A stretch of DNA of 41,485 nucleotides from a virus, in the UHGV virus genome UHGV-0203597; one strand, written 5' to 3'. Shown here piece by piece: positions 25,529 through 34,509 of the stretch. The translations under genes were made by a program, and so were the position numbers. Positions within the stretch are counted from its first letter, which is position 1; each line of letters starts with the position of its first letter. The notes beneath the pieces were generated by a model that was not told the origin of the DNA, ran no database searches, and saw nothing but the letters and a program-made list of their open reading frames with translations.

Positions 25529-25543
25529 TTACCTGAAAGGTAA
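25529..25543. promoter_or_regulatory. TTACC-N5-GGTAA operator-like palindrome upstream of portal operon
   Basis: ttacctgaaaggtaa, identical to 4139-4153. Confidence 0.45.
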
Positions 25544-25633
25544 TAATTTGTGCGTTAAATGTCAACTATCTACGATAAATAAATCATATGTGGTTAAATT
25601 GGTAATAATTTAATTGCGTACGGAGTCATTGAT

Positions 25634-25840
25634 ATGTGCATGGGTAGCTCACCATCAGTGCCTGCAACACCAGAAGTTCAGGCAGCACCACAGGAGCAGG
25701 ATGCCGCCGTTGTTGATGCCCGCGACGAAGAAACACGTCGCCGTCGCGCTGCTGCTGGTCGTAGTTCTACGCTGCTTACCGGTTCTCAGGGCGACACATC
25801 AACCGCTAATACCAGCGGTAAAACGCTGCTTGGTCAGTAA
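25634..25840 (+). CDS. Small hypothetical protein upstream of portal
   Basis: 68 aa; GGAG RBS; the initiation context ggagtcattga is repeated before the portal ATG. Confidence 0.35.
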   Translation: MCMGSSPSVPATPEVQAAPQEQDAAVVDARDEETRRRRAAAGRSSTLLTGSQGDTSTANTSGKTLLGQ

Positions 25841-25854
25841 CCGGAGTCATTGAA

Positions 25855-27534
25855 ATGGCGGAAACAACTAAAGAGCGATTGAACAAACAGTTCGCACAAC
25901 TTGAAAGCGAGCGTCAGTCGTTCGAGCCGCACTGGCGCGAGTTGAGTGATTACATCAACCCGCGTGGTTCCCGCTTTCTGACTTCTGAGGCCAACCGTAA
26001 CGATCGGCGCAATACACGCATTATTGATTCGACCGGGACTATGGCGGCGCGCACTCTCGCCAGCGGCATGATGTCAGGCATCACAAGCCCCGCGCGTCCG
26101 TGGTTTCGCCTGGCTACGCCAGATCCTGAAATGATGGATTATGGCCCTGTTAAGTTGTGGCTTGAGGCGGTGCAGAACCGCATGAACGATATGTTCAATA
26201 AGTCGAATCTCTATCAGTCTCTGCCGCAGTTATACGGAAGCCTCGGCACATACAGCACTGGTGCAATGGCAGTGCTGGAGGATGACGAGGACATCATTCG
26301 CACAATGCCATTCCCGATAGGCAGTTACTACCTGGCTAACTCACCTCGTGGCAGTGTGGACACCTGTTTTCGCAAGTTCTCTATGACTGTTCGTCAGCTT
26401 GTTCAGGAGTTCGGGCTAAATAACGTCAGCGAATCCGTAAAAAGCATGTGGGAAAGCGGCACCTACGAGAAGTGGATTGAAGTGATGCATTCGGTTTACC
26501 CGAACATTGACCGCGATACATCGAAGCTGGATAGCAAGAACAAGCCATTCAAATCGGTTTATTACGAGGTTGGTGGCGATAACGACAAGTTGTTGCGTGA
26601 GTCCGGATTCGATGAGTTTCCAATTATGGCTCCGCGCTGGGAAGTTAACGGCGAAGATGTTTATGGATCATCATGCCCGGGTATGCTGGCGCTTGGACCT
26701 GTTAAGGCATTGCAGCTTCTCCAGAAGCGCAAGTCGCAGTTGATTGATAAAGCCACCAATCCGCCGATGGTTGCTCCGACTTCCCTCAAGAATCAGCGTG
26801 CCTCCCTTCTTCCTGGCGACATCACGTATATCGATCAGATTACTGGTCAGGATGGTTTCAGGCCTGCTTATCTGGTTAACCCCAGTACAGCAGATTTGGT
26901 GGCAGACATTCAGGACACCCGTCAAATCATTAACAGCGCCTACTTTGTCGATCTGTTCATGATGTTGCAGAACATCAATACCCGCTCGATGCCTGTTGAA
27001 GCGGTGATCGAAATGAAAGAAGAAAAACTTCTGATGTTGGGGCCGGTTCTGGAGCGTCTGAACGACGAATGTCTTAATCCTCTCATTGACCGCGCTTTCT
27101 CGATGATGGTGCGTAAAAACATGCTGCCGCCACCGCCTGACGCGATGGAAGGCATGCCCCTGAAGGTCGAATACATTTCCGTCATGGCTCAGGCGCAGAA
27201 GTCTATCGGCCTGTCCAGTCTGGCGTCCACGGTTAACTTCATTGGTCAACTTGCGCAAGCGAAACCAGAAGCTCTCGACAAACTCAATGTTGATCAGGCG
27301 ATCGATGCATTCGCTGATATGTCCGGAGTGTCTCCAACCGTCATTGTTCCGCAGGAACAGGTTGAGCAGGCTCGCCAGCAACGGGCACAGCAGCAACAGC
27401 AGCAACAAATGATGGCGATGGGAATGGCGGCGGCACAGGGCGCCAAGACGCTAAGCGAAGCTAAAACTTCGGATCCGAGTGTTTTGTCAGCTATGGCGAA
27501 TGCAGTTAGTGGTCAGGGTGGGCAATCACAATGA
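25855..27534 (+). CDS. Portal protein
   Basis: 559 aa; position after terminase and before scaffold/capsid; acidic Q-rich C-terminus. Confidence 0.7.
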   Translation: MAETTKERLNKQFAQLESERQSFEPHWRELSDYINPRGSRFLTSEANRNDRRNTRIIDSTGTMAARTLASGMMSGITSPARPWFRLATPDPEMMDYGPVKLWLEAVQNRMNDMFNKSNLYQSLPQLYGSLGTYSTGAMAVLEDDEDIIRTMPFPIGSYYLANSPRGSVDTCFRKFSMTVRQLVQEFGLNNVSESVKSMWESGTYEKWIEVMHSVYPNIDRDTSKLDSKNKPFKSVYYEVGGDNDKLLRESGFDEFPIMAPRWEVNGEDVYGSSCPGMLALGPVKALQLLQKRKSQLIDKATNPPMVAPTSLKNQRASLLPGDITYIDQITGQDGFRPAYLVNPSTADLVADIQDTRQIINSAYFVDLFMMLQNINTRSMPVEAVIEMKEEKLLMLGPVLERLNDECLNPLIDRAFSMMVRKNMLPPPPDAMEGMPLKVEYISVMAQAQKSIGLSSLASTVNFIGQLAQAKPEALDKLNVDQAIDAFADMSGVSPTVIVPQEQVEQARQQRAQQQQQQQMMAMGMAAAQGAKTLSEAKTSDPSVLSAMANAVSGQGGQSQ

Positions 27535-27827
27535 CAGATTACGAAGACGATCAACTGAAAGAAGAAAACGCCCGTAAGCAACGTGACATGGCGCAGCGTG
27601 AAATTGATGACATTCGCTTTGTCATGAGCAGTGAACAAGGGCGTCGCGTTGTCTGGTCGGTGCTGGAGAAAGGCCGTGTGTTTTCCGCTATCTCACCGAT
27701 GGACGCTATGGCAATGGCATTTAATGAGGGGCAACGCAATCTGGCGCTGGAACTGTTTCAGCGCGTTATGGCGCATTGCCCTGAACAGTATTTGAAGATG
27801 GCCAAAGAGGCCAGTGAACAGGAGTGA
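27531..27827 (+). CDS. Hypothetical head-assembly protein
   Basis: 98 aa; coupled between portal and scaffold. Confidence 0.4.
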   Translation: MTDYEDDQLKEENARKQRDMAQREIDDIRFVMSSEQGRRVVWSVLEKGRVFSAISPMDAMAMAFNEGQRNLALELFQRVMAHCPEQYLKMAKEASEQE

Positions 27828-28525
27828 TCATGAATTTATTTGAGCGTTTGCTGTATAGCCGTCTTTGCAATGAGCAACCAGTCGATGGTGGAGCAGCTCC
27901 GGCTGCGTCAGAACCGTCAGCTCCTGCAGGTGATAACCCTGCTCCAGTTGGTGATCCATCACAACAGGAAGGTGATAAGCCACAACCTGTTGCTGATGGC
28001 GATAAACCTGCTGATGACAAAAAGCCTGAAAACGATAAGCAGGATGAAAAAAAGGACGGCGATAAACCAGAGGGTGCGCCTGAGAAGTACGAGTTTCAGG
28101 CTGCCGAAGGCGTAGAGCTGGATACAGAAGCGTTGAAGGAATTCGAGCCGGTGGCGCGAGAACTAAACCTGACCAACGAGCAAGCGCAAAAGCTGGTTGA
28201 TGCTTATCCGAAGATTCTGGCAGGTGTTCAGCAGCGCCAGGCAGAAGCCTGGCAGAAAACAACCGAGCAGTGGGCTGCGGATGTAAAAGCCGACAAAGAA
28301 ATCGGTGGCGACAAGTTGATTTCTAACCTTAGCGCCGCACAGCGTGCGCTTGACCAGTTCGGGACACCTGAACTCAAAGAATATCTGAACACCTCCGGGC
28401 TGGGTAATCACCCTGATCTGGTCAAAACGTTCGTGAAAATCGGAAAGGCGATGTCTGAAGATGGCATGGTCACCGGTGGTAATGAAGGCCAGCGTAGTGC
28501 GGCCGAAGTGCTCTATGGCAAATAA
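27824..28525 (+). CDS. Scaffolding protein
   Basis: 233 aa; acidic, Pro/Ala/Lys-rich low-complexity N-terminus then helical C-terminus; directly upstream of capsid. Confidence 0.5.
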   Translation: MIMNLFERLLYSRLCNEQPVDGGAAPAASEPSAPAGDNPAPVGDPSQQEGDKPQPVADGDKPADDKKPENDKQDEKKDGDKPEGAPEKYEFQAAEGVELDTEALKEFEPVARELNLTNEQAQKLVDAYPKILAGVQQRQAEAWQKTTEQWAADVKADKEIGGDKLISNLSAAQRALDQFGTPELKEYLNTSGLGNHPDLVKTFVKIGKAMSEDGMVTGGNEGQRSAAEVLYGK

Positions 28526-28539
28526 GAGAGGAAATGACA

Positions 28540-29526
28540 ATGGCTGTTAAAGGCTTAACTGCGCTAACGCTGGCTGACTGGGGTAAGCGCGTCGATCCAA
28601 ACGGGAAAGTCGATAAGATTATCGAGCTTCTCGGTCAAACTAACCCGATCCTTCAGGATATGCCTTTTGTCGAAGGGAACCTTCCTACCGGACACCGAAC
28701 CACCATTCGTTCTGGTTTACCTTCAGCTACCTGGCGTTTGCTGAACTATGGCGTACAGCCAAGCAAATCAACCACAGTGCAGGTAACCGATTCCGTTGGC
28801 ATGCTGGAAACCTATGCTGAAGTCGATAAGTCACTGGCTGATCTGAACGGTAATACTGCCGAATTCCGCCTGTCTGAAGACCGCGCATTTATTGAAGCGA
28901 TGAATCAGCAGATGGCGCAGACACTGTTTTATGGTGATTCCAGCGTTAACCCTCAGCAGTTTATGGGACTGTCCTCCCGCTATTCCAGCCTGTCTGCGGG
29001 TAATGCTCAGAACATCATTGATGCTGGTGGCACGGGTACAGATAACACCTCAATCTGGTTAGTGGTGTGGGGCGAAAACACCGTGCATGGCATCTTCCCG
29101 AAAGGGCAGAAGGCTGGCATCCAGATGGAAGATAAAGGCCAGGTGACACTGGAAGATGCTAATGGCGGCAAGTACGAAGGCTACCGTACCCATTACAAAT
29201 GGGACAACGGACTTGCTCTGCGTGACTGGCGTTATGTTGTTCGCATTGCAAACATCGATGTCAGCAATCTTTCAGAACCATCCTCTGCCGCAAATATTGC
29301 GAAGTTGATGGTTAAAGCACTACATCGCATTCCAAACCGTGGCATGGGCCGCCCGGTGTTCTACATGAACCGCACTGTAGGCCAGGCTCTTGATCTGCAG
29401 TCTCTGGAGAAAACATCTCTGGCTATCAGCGTAAAAGAGACAGAAGGCGAGTGGTGGACTTCATTCCGTGGTGTACCAATCCGTGAAACTGATGCGCTTC
29501 TGGAAACAGAAGCCCGCGTGGTGTAA
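28540..29526 (+). CDS. Major capsid protein
   Basis: About 329 aa (ATG 28540 with AGAGAGG at 8 nt; alternative 28534); position and size typical of HK97-fold coat proteins. Confidence 0.7.
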   Translation: MAVKGLTALTLADWGKRVDPNGKVDKIIELLGQTNPILQDMPFVEGNLPTGHRTTIRSGLPSATWRLLNYGVQPSKSTTVQVTDSVGMLETYAEVDKSLADLNGNTAEFRLSEDRAFIEAMNQQMAQTLFYGDSSVNPQQFMGLSSRYSSLSAGNAQNIIDAGGTGTDNTSIWLVVWGENTVHGIFPKGQKAGIQMEDKGQVTLEDANGGKYEGYRTHYKWDNGLALRDWRYVVRIANIDVSNLSEPSSAANIAKLMVKALHRIPNRGMGRPVFYMNRTVGQALDLQSLEKTSLAISVKETEGEWWTSFRGVPIRETDALLETEARVV

Positions 29527-29577
29527 CGCCTGTTATTAACCTGTGGGTCGTAACAGACCCACTAATGGAGAAAGAAG

Positions 29578-30015
29578 ATGATCACCGACAAACTGTTGAT
29601 GTTCTCCGAAGCTCAGGCGGTTACGAATACCGCGGCTTCTACTGACGTAATCGATCTCGGTCCAATTGACGGAAAACGTCGTGATATCGGCGTGGGTTAC
29701 CCGCTTGAGTTTTGGGCGCTGGTTAACGCAGCCGCCGCGGCAAGCGGTGATGCAACTGTAAACATCCAGTTGCAGACGAGTGAGAATAACAGCTCATGGA
29801 CCACTATTTATGATAGTGGCGCACTGGCAAAGACCGCCCTGACAGCAGGTAAACGAGTTGTTTCTGCAAAGGTGCCTGCCGGTGTTCAGCGATATCTGCG
29901 TGTTAACTACTCCGTCGCAACTGGCCCACTAACGGCTGGCAAATTCACTGCGGGTATCAGTCTGGATGTTGATGCCAATACGCCGTACCCGATCCGCTCA
30001 AAAGTAACTGGTTAA
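29578..30015 (+). CDS. Hypothetical structural protein (possible capsid decoration)
   Basis: 145 aa; Ala/Thr-rich; immediately after capsid. Confidence 0.4.
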   Translation: MITDKLLMFSEAQAVTNTAASTDVIDLGPIDGKRRDIGVGYPLEFWALVNAAAAASGDATVNIQLQTSENNSSWTTIYDSGALAKTALTAGKRVVSAKVPAGVQRYLRVNYSVATGPLTAGKFTAGISLDVDANTPYPIRSKVTG

Positions 30016-30025
30016 GGTGATATCG

Positions 30026-30361
30026 ATGTCAGGTGAGAAACCAAGATACCGCGTTCTGCGCCTCTCTCATATCCATAACACTCTGTGGCCGGAGGGGGCA
30101 GAAATCGAATACGAAGGTGAGCCTGGTAGCGCACTGGAACCTGTTAACGATGCAGCCAGACAGGCAAAAGCAAAAGTTGCAGGAAAGGTGTCAATGGCAG
30201 CAACCAGCACCAAAATCATCAACGATGTGTCAGATGATGGTGAACTGGATAAGCTCCGTGAAGAGTACGAATTGCTCTTTAACGAGAAGCCACACCATAA
30301 CGCCAAAGCCGAAACGCTACGCGAGAAGATCGCAGATAAGCGTAAAGAACTGGGCGTGTAA
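30026..30361 (+). CDS. Hypothetical protein
   Basis: 111 aa from ATG 30026 (alternative GTG 30017). Confidence 0.4.
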   Translation: MSGEKPRYRVLRLSHIHNTLWPEGAEIEYEGEPGSALEPVNDAARQAKAKVAGKVSMAATSTKIINDVSDDGELDKLREEYELLFNEKPHHNAKAETLREKIADKRKELGV

Positions 30362-30417
30362 GCCTCGCGAATCAGACAAGGGGCTTCGGCCCCTTTATTG
30401 CAGGAGTATAGAAACTT

Positions 30418-31023
30418 ATGGCCTCTGTAGTAGAGATCTGCAATCGTGCGCTGTCCAATATTGGCAACAGCCGCAGCATTAACAGCCTGACGGAAGCCAG
30501 CAAGGAAGCGGGGGAATGTTCGCTGCACTTTGAGGCCTGCCGTGATGCTGTGCTTTCTGATTTTGACTGGAACTTTGCTACCAAACGCGTGGCGCTTGCA
30601 GATACGAGCAATCCACCGCCTGACTGGGAATATGCGTACCAGTACCCGTCAGATTGTCTGCGCATTACTGAAATTATGCTTCCTGGTGTACGCAATCCAA
30701 CAGCAGCAATGCGCGTTCAGTACGAAGTTGGTGCAGACACCAACGGAACAGGAAAATTGATCTACACAGACCAGCCGCAGGCATGGCTCAAGTATGTCTC
30801 TCGCGTTTCAGATGTAAACATGTTTGATGCCATTTTTATGGAGGCGCTGGCCTGGCGTCTTGCGGCAGCCATTAACATGGCGCTGACTGGGAATGCGGAT
30901 CTCGGTACATTTGCTCTCAATATGTACAATCGCGTGATTCTTAGTGCTGGCTCGCATAGCCAGAATGAATCACAGGAACCACAGCCACCGGTTGACGAGT
31001 TTACCATTGCGAGGTTGTCCTGA
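30418..31023 (+). CDS. Tail tubular protein A / adaptor-like (T7 gp11 position)
   Basis: 201 aa; N-terminal pattern VVEICNRALSNIG resembles adaptor/gp11-like starts; gene order. Confidence 0.45.
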   Translation: MASVVEICNRALSNIGNSRSINSLTEASKEAGECSLHFEACRDAVLSDFDWNFATKRVALADTSNPPPDWEYAYQYPSDCLRITEIMLPGVRNPTAAMRVQYEVGADTNGTGKLIYTDQPQAWLKYVSRVSDVNMFDAIFMEALAWRLAAAINMALTGNADLGTFALNMYNRVILSAGSHSQNESQEPQPPVDEFTIARLS

Positions 31024-33494
31024 TGGCTATCAGTTGGATCCAGCCCAGCTTTGCCGGTGGTGAGATTGGACCGTCGTTGTACGGGCGTATTGACATGGCG
31101 AAGTACCAGGTGGCATTGCGCAAGTGCGATAACTTTATCGTGCGGCAGTATGGCGGCGTTGAGAATCGACCAGGTACGCGTTTTGTCGGTGCCGCCAAAT
31201 ACCCAAATCGGAAATGCCGCCTGATCCCGTTCCAGTTCTCGACGGTTCAGACCTATGCTCTGGAGTTCGGACACCAGTACATGCGCGTTATCAAAGATGG
31301 TGCGTTGGTGCTGAACAGCAGCAATGTTATTTATGAAATTGCCACGCCATATACTGAAGCCGATCTGTTCCGAATTAAATTCACGCAAAGCGCCGACGTG
31401 CTTACGCTTGTTCATCCGGCATACCCGCCGAAAGAGTTGCGTCGCTATGCGCATGACAACTGGCAACTGGTTGATGTGGTAACGAAGAACGGACCATTTG
31501 AAGATATCAATATTGACGAGTCAGTGACGGTTTATGCCAGCGCCAGCACCGGGACAATTACGTTAACGGCAAGCGCCTCTATTTTTGGCGCGGAGCAGGT
31601 AGGCAAATTGTTCTATCTGGAACAGCCTGCAGTGGATTCTGTGCCGGTATGGGAAACCAGTAAGAGTACGTCAATTGGCGATATTCGCCGTGCAGACAGT
31701 AACTACTATCGCGCCGTTACAGTAGGCAAAACAGGCACTTTGCGCCCTTCGCATACAGAAGGCACATCATGGGATGGCTGGGGCGGATCCGGTGATGATG
31801 ATACCGGCATTGAGTGGGAGTATCTGCACAGTGGTTTTGGCATTGCCCGTATCTCTGCTGCAAATGGAACTACTGCAACTGCCGAGGTGATTTCCTATAT
31901 CCCTTCGCAGGTAGTTGGCGAGGATAATGCCAGCTATAAATGGGCTAAATATGCCTGGAACAGTGTTAATGGTTATCCTGGCACTGTTGTTTATTATCAA
32001 CAACGTCTTTACTTCGCCGCATCGACTGCGTTTCCTCAGACTATCTGGGCCAGCCGTACCGGGGATTATAAGGATTTTGGCAAAAGCAATCCTACGCAGG
32101 ATGACGACAGAATTATCTACACCTATGCCGGGCGTCAGGTTAATGAGATCCGCCACCTGATTGATGTTGGTTCGCTGGTGGCGCTGACTTCCGGAGGTGA
32201 GTACGTCATCACTGGCGACCAGAACAAAGTGCTTACCCCATCATCATTTGCATTCAGCTCTCAGGGATCAAATGGCTCGAGCAATGTCCCACCAATTGCC
32301 GTGGCGAATATTGCTCTGTTCGTCCAAGAGAAAGGCAGTGTTGTCCGTGATCTGGCCTACTCATTCGATGTTGACGGCTATCAGGGGAACGACCTGACCA
32401 TCCTTGCCAATCATCTTTTTCAGAAGCACAGCATTGTTGACTGGTGCTTCTCGATAGTCCCTTACTCCAGCGCCTTCTGCATTCGTGATGACGGTAAATT
32501 ACTGGTGATGACCTATTTGCGTGATCAGCAGGTTTTTGCATGGGCACCACAATCCAGTACCGGAAAATATGAAAGCACATGCAGTATCAGCGAAGGAAAT
32601 GAAGATGCGGTGTATTTCGTCGTTAACCGAACCGTTAACGGGCAAACAGTGAGATACATCGAGCGACTGTCCAGCCGTTTATTTACCAGCGATGAAGATG
32701 CTTTCTTTGTTGATTCTGGCCTTAGCTATGATGGAAGAAATACGTCTGACAGAACGATGATCATCACTGGTGGTTCTGGCGAATGGGATTACCGCGAGGA
32801 ATATACAATCAGTGTTTCTGGTGGTGCGTACTTCACCAGTAGTGATATCGGTGCCCAACTACAGTTCCCTTATACCGGAACTGATCCTGATACTGGCGAT
32901 GAAGTGTCAAAAGAATTACGTTGCGACATTATTTCTGTAACCAGCAATACCGCTGTAGTGGTTCGTGCTAACAGGAACGTCCCGCCATCCCTCAGGAATG
33001 TGGCCACCACGAACTGGCAGATGGCGCGCCGGACATTTGGAGGCCTGTCTCATCTTGAAGGCCAGACCGTAAACATTCTCTCTGATGCGAACGTGGAACC
33101 ACAGAAAGTGGTTTCCGGAGGTGCCGTCACGCTGGAATCTCCGGGGGCTGTAGTGCACATCGGCCTGCCAATAACTGCTGAATTCGAAACACTGGATATC
33201 AACATTAACGGACAGGAAACGCTGCTGGACAAAAAACAGGTGATCCCCTCCGTTACTCTGGTTGTGAATGCCAGTCGCGGCATCTGGGCGACTACGCCCG
33301 GCGGTAAATGGTACGAATATCCACAGCGTGAATTCGAGTTCTACGATGATCCTGTTGATGATGCTACCGGAAAAGTAGAAGTGAAACTGGACAGTAACTG
33401 GGGCAAAAACGGACGTGTAAAAATCCGTCAGCTTGATCCGTTGCCGCTGTCTGTTCTTGCCGTTATTCCTCGCCTTACTGTTGGGGGATTCTGA
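31023..33494 (+). CDS. Tail tubular protein B / nozzle-like (T7 gp12 position)
   Basis: 823 aa; N-terminal pattern and gene order; overlapping start/stop with neighbours. Confidence 0.5.
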   Translation: MAISWIQPSFAGGEIGPSLYGRIDMAKYQVALRKCDNFIVRQYGGVENRPGTRFVGAAKYPNRKCRLIPFQFSTVQTYALEFGHQYMRVIKDGALVLNSSNVIYEIATPYTEADLFRIKFTQSADVLTLVHPAYPPKELRRYAHDNWQLVDVVTKNGPFEDINIDESVTVYASASTGTITLTASASIFGAEQVGKLFYLEQPAVDSVPVWETSKSTSIGDIRRADSNYYRAVTVGKTGTLRPSHTEGTSWDGWGGSGDDDTGIEWEYLHSGFGIARISAANGTTATAEVISYIPSQVVGEDNASYKWAKYAWNSVNGYPGTVVYYQQRLYFAASTAFPQTIWASRTGDYKDFGKSNPTQDDDRIIYTYAGRQVNEIRHLIDVGSLVALTSGGEYVITGDQNKVLTPSSFAFSSQGSNGSSNVPPIAVANIALFVQEKGSVVRDLAYSFDVDGYQGNDLTILANHLFQKHSIVDWCFSIVPYSSAFCIRDDGKLLVMTYLRDQQVFAWAPQSSTGKYESTCSISEGNEDAVYFVVNRTVNGQTVRYIERLSSRLFTSDEDAFFVDSGLSYDGRNTSDRTMIITGGSGEWDYREEYTISVSGGAYFTSSDIGAQLQFPYTGTDPDTGDEVSKELRCDIISVTSNTAVVVRANRNVPPSLRNVATTNWQMARRTFGGLSHLEGQTVNILSDANVEPQKVVSGGAVTLESPGAVVHIGLPITAEFETLDININGQETLLDKKQVIPSVTLVVNASRGIWATTPGGKWYEYPQREFEFYDDPVDDATGKVEVKLDSNWGKNGRVKIRQLDPLPLSVLAVIPRLTVGGF

Positions 33495-33958
33495 TGATCG
33501 ATGTTCAAATTATTCCCGCAACCGAAGAGCATCTTCAGATGATTTTGCCGGATGTTCGTCAGGCTGATATTGACGAACTGTATGCGGTATCACTGATGAC
33601 TACCGAAGATGCGCTGCGTGTTGGTCTGCGTACTGCGACTATGGCCTGGTCAGGATTTGCGAACGGAGAACTGGTAACCATGTTTGGCGTATCTCCGGCG
33701 TCAATGATCGGTGGCAATGGTACGCCATGGCTGGTAGGAACCAGCCGTATTGAAAAATATCAGAAGACATTTCTTCGCCACTGCCGCCCTGTATTGCAGC
33801 AGATGCTGGCAGTTTATCCGCGTCTGGAAAACTACGTCGACGAGCGAAACCATGTTGCCAAAGCATGGCTCCACTGGCTTGGATTCAGGCTTGAAGAAGC
33901 CGCGCCTTATGGTGCTCTTGGTCTTAATTTCCACAGATTTCACATGGAGAGAAAATAA
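33494..33958 (+). CDS. Internal virion protein (T7 gp13 position)
   Basis: 154 aa; TGATG coupling. Confidence 0.4.
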   Translation: MIDVQIIPATEEHLQMILPDVRQADIDELYAVSLMTTEDALRVGLRTATMAWSGFANGELVTMFGVSPASMIGGNGTPWLVGTSRIEKYQKTFLRHCRPVLQQMLAVYPRLENYVDERNHVAKAWLHWLGFRLEEAAPYGALGLNFHRFHMERK

Positions 33959-34497
33959 TGTGTAACCCAGCCATCGCTTTGGTTGCCGTCACAGTGGCAT
34001 CCACAGCCGCGTCAATGTACAGCCAGAGCAAGCAGGCAAAATACCAGTCAGCCATAGCTGATCGGAATGCTGAAATTGCTGAAGCTCAGGCACAGGATTC
34101 AATCAATCGTGGGAATATTGAAGCGGATCAGCGTCGTCGTGAAATGCGTCAACGCTCAGGCACTGCGGCGGCCACTATGGGGGCTACCGGTGCGGAATTA
34201 AGTAGCGGAACAGCTCTTGACGTTTTTGCGGATAATGCTCAGTTCGGCGCTCTTGATGCGTTAACGACAGTGAATAATGCTCAGCGTGAGGCATATGGGT
34301 ATCAGGTTCAGGGAATGAATGCTCAGGCACAGGGGGCTGCTGCTCAGTCGGCTGCTAAATCATCGATGACCAGCACTTTGTTAACAGCACCACTAAAAGC
34401 ATACGGTGCATACCAGATGGGCGGAGGAACGTGGAGCCCATTCTCTCAGAAGGCTGCGCCGATTTCTGCTGCTGTTGGCACTCCAACCGGTCGATAA
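33958..34497 (+). CDS. Internal virion / ejection protein (T7 gp14 position)
   Basis: 179 aa; N-terminal hydrophobic segment, Ala/Gln-rich. Confidence 0.45.
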   Translation: MCNPAIALVAVTVASTAASMYSQSKQAKYQSAIADRNAEIAEAQAQDSINRGNIEADQRRREMRQRSGTAAATMGATGAELSSGTALDVFADNAQFGALDALTTVNNAQREAYGYQVQGMNAQAQGAAAQSAAKSSMTSTLLTAPLKAYGAYQMGGGTWSPFSQKAAPISAAVGTPTGR

Positions 34498-34509
34498 GGG
34501 GATAATAAG

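Noticed and set aside
26671-27408. 245-aa minus-strand ORF antisense to the portal gene (similar antisense ORFs at 27828-28262 and 23224-23730)
   Set aside because: Entirely inside well-supported structural genes on the opposite strand; low-complexity Leu/Arg-rich translation; likely frame artefacts.
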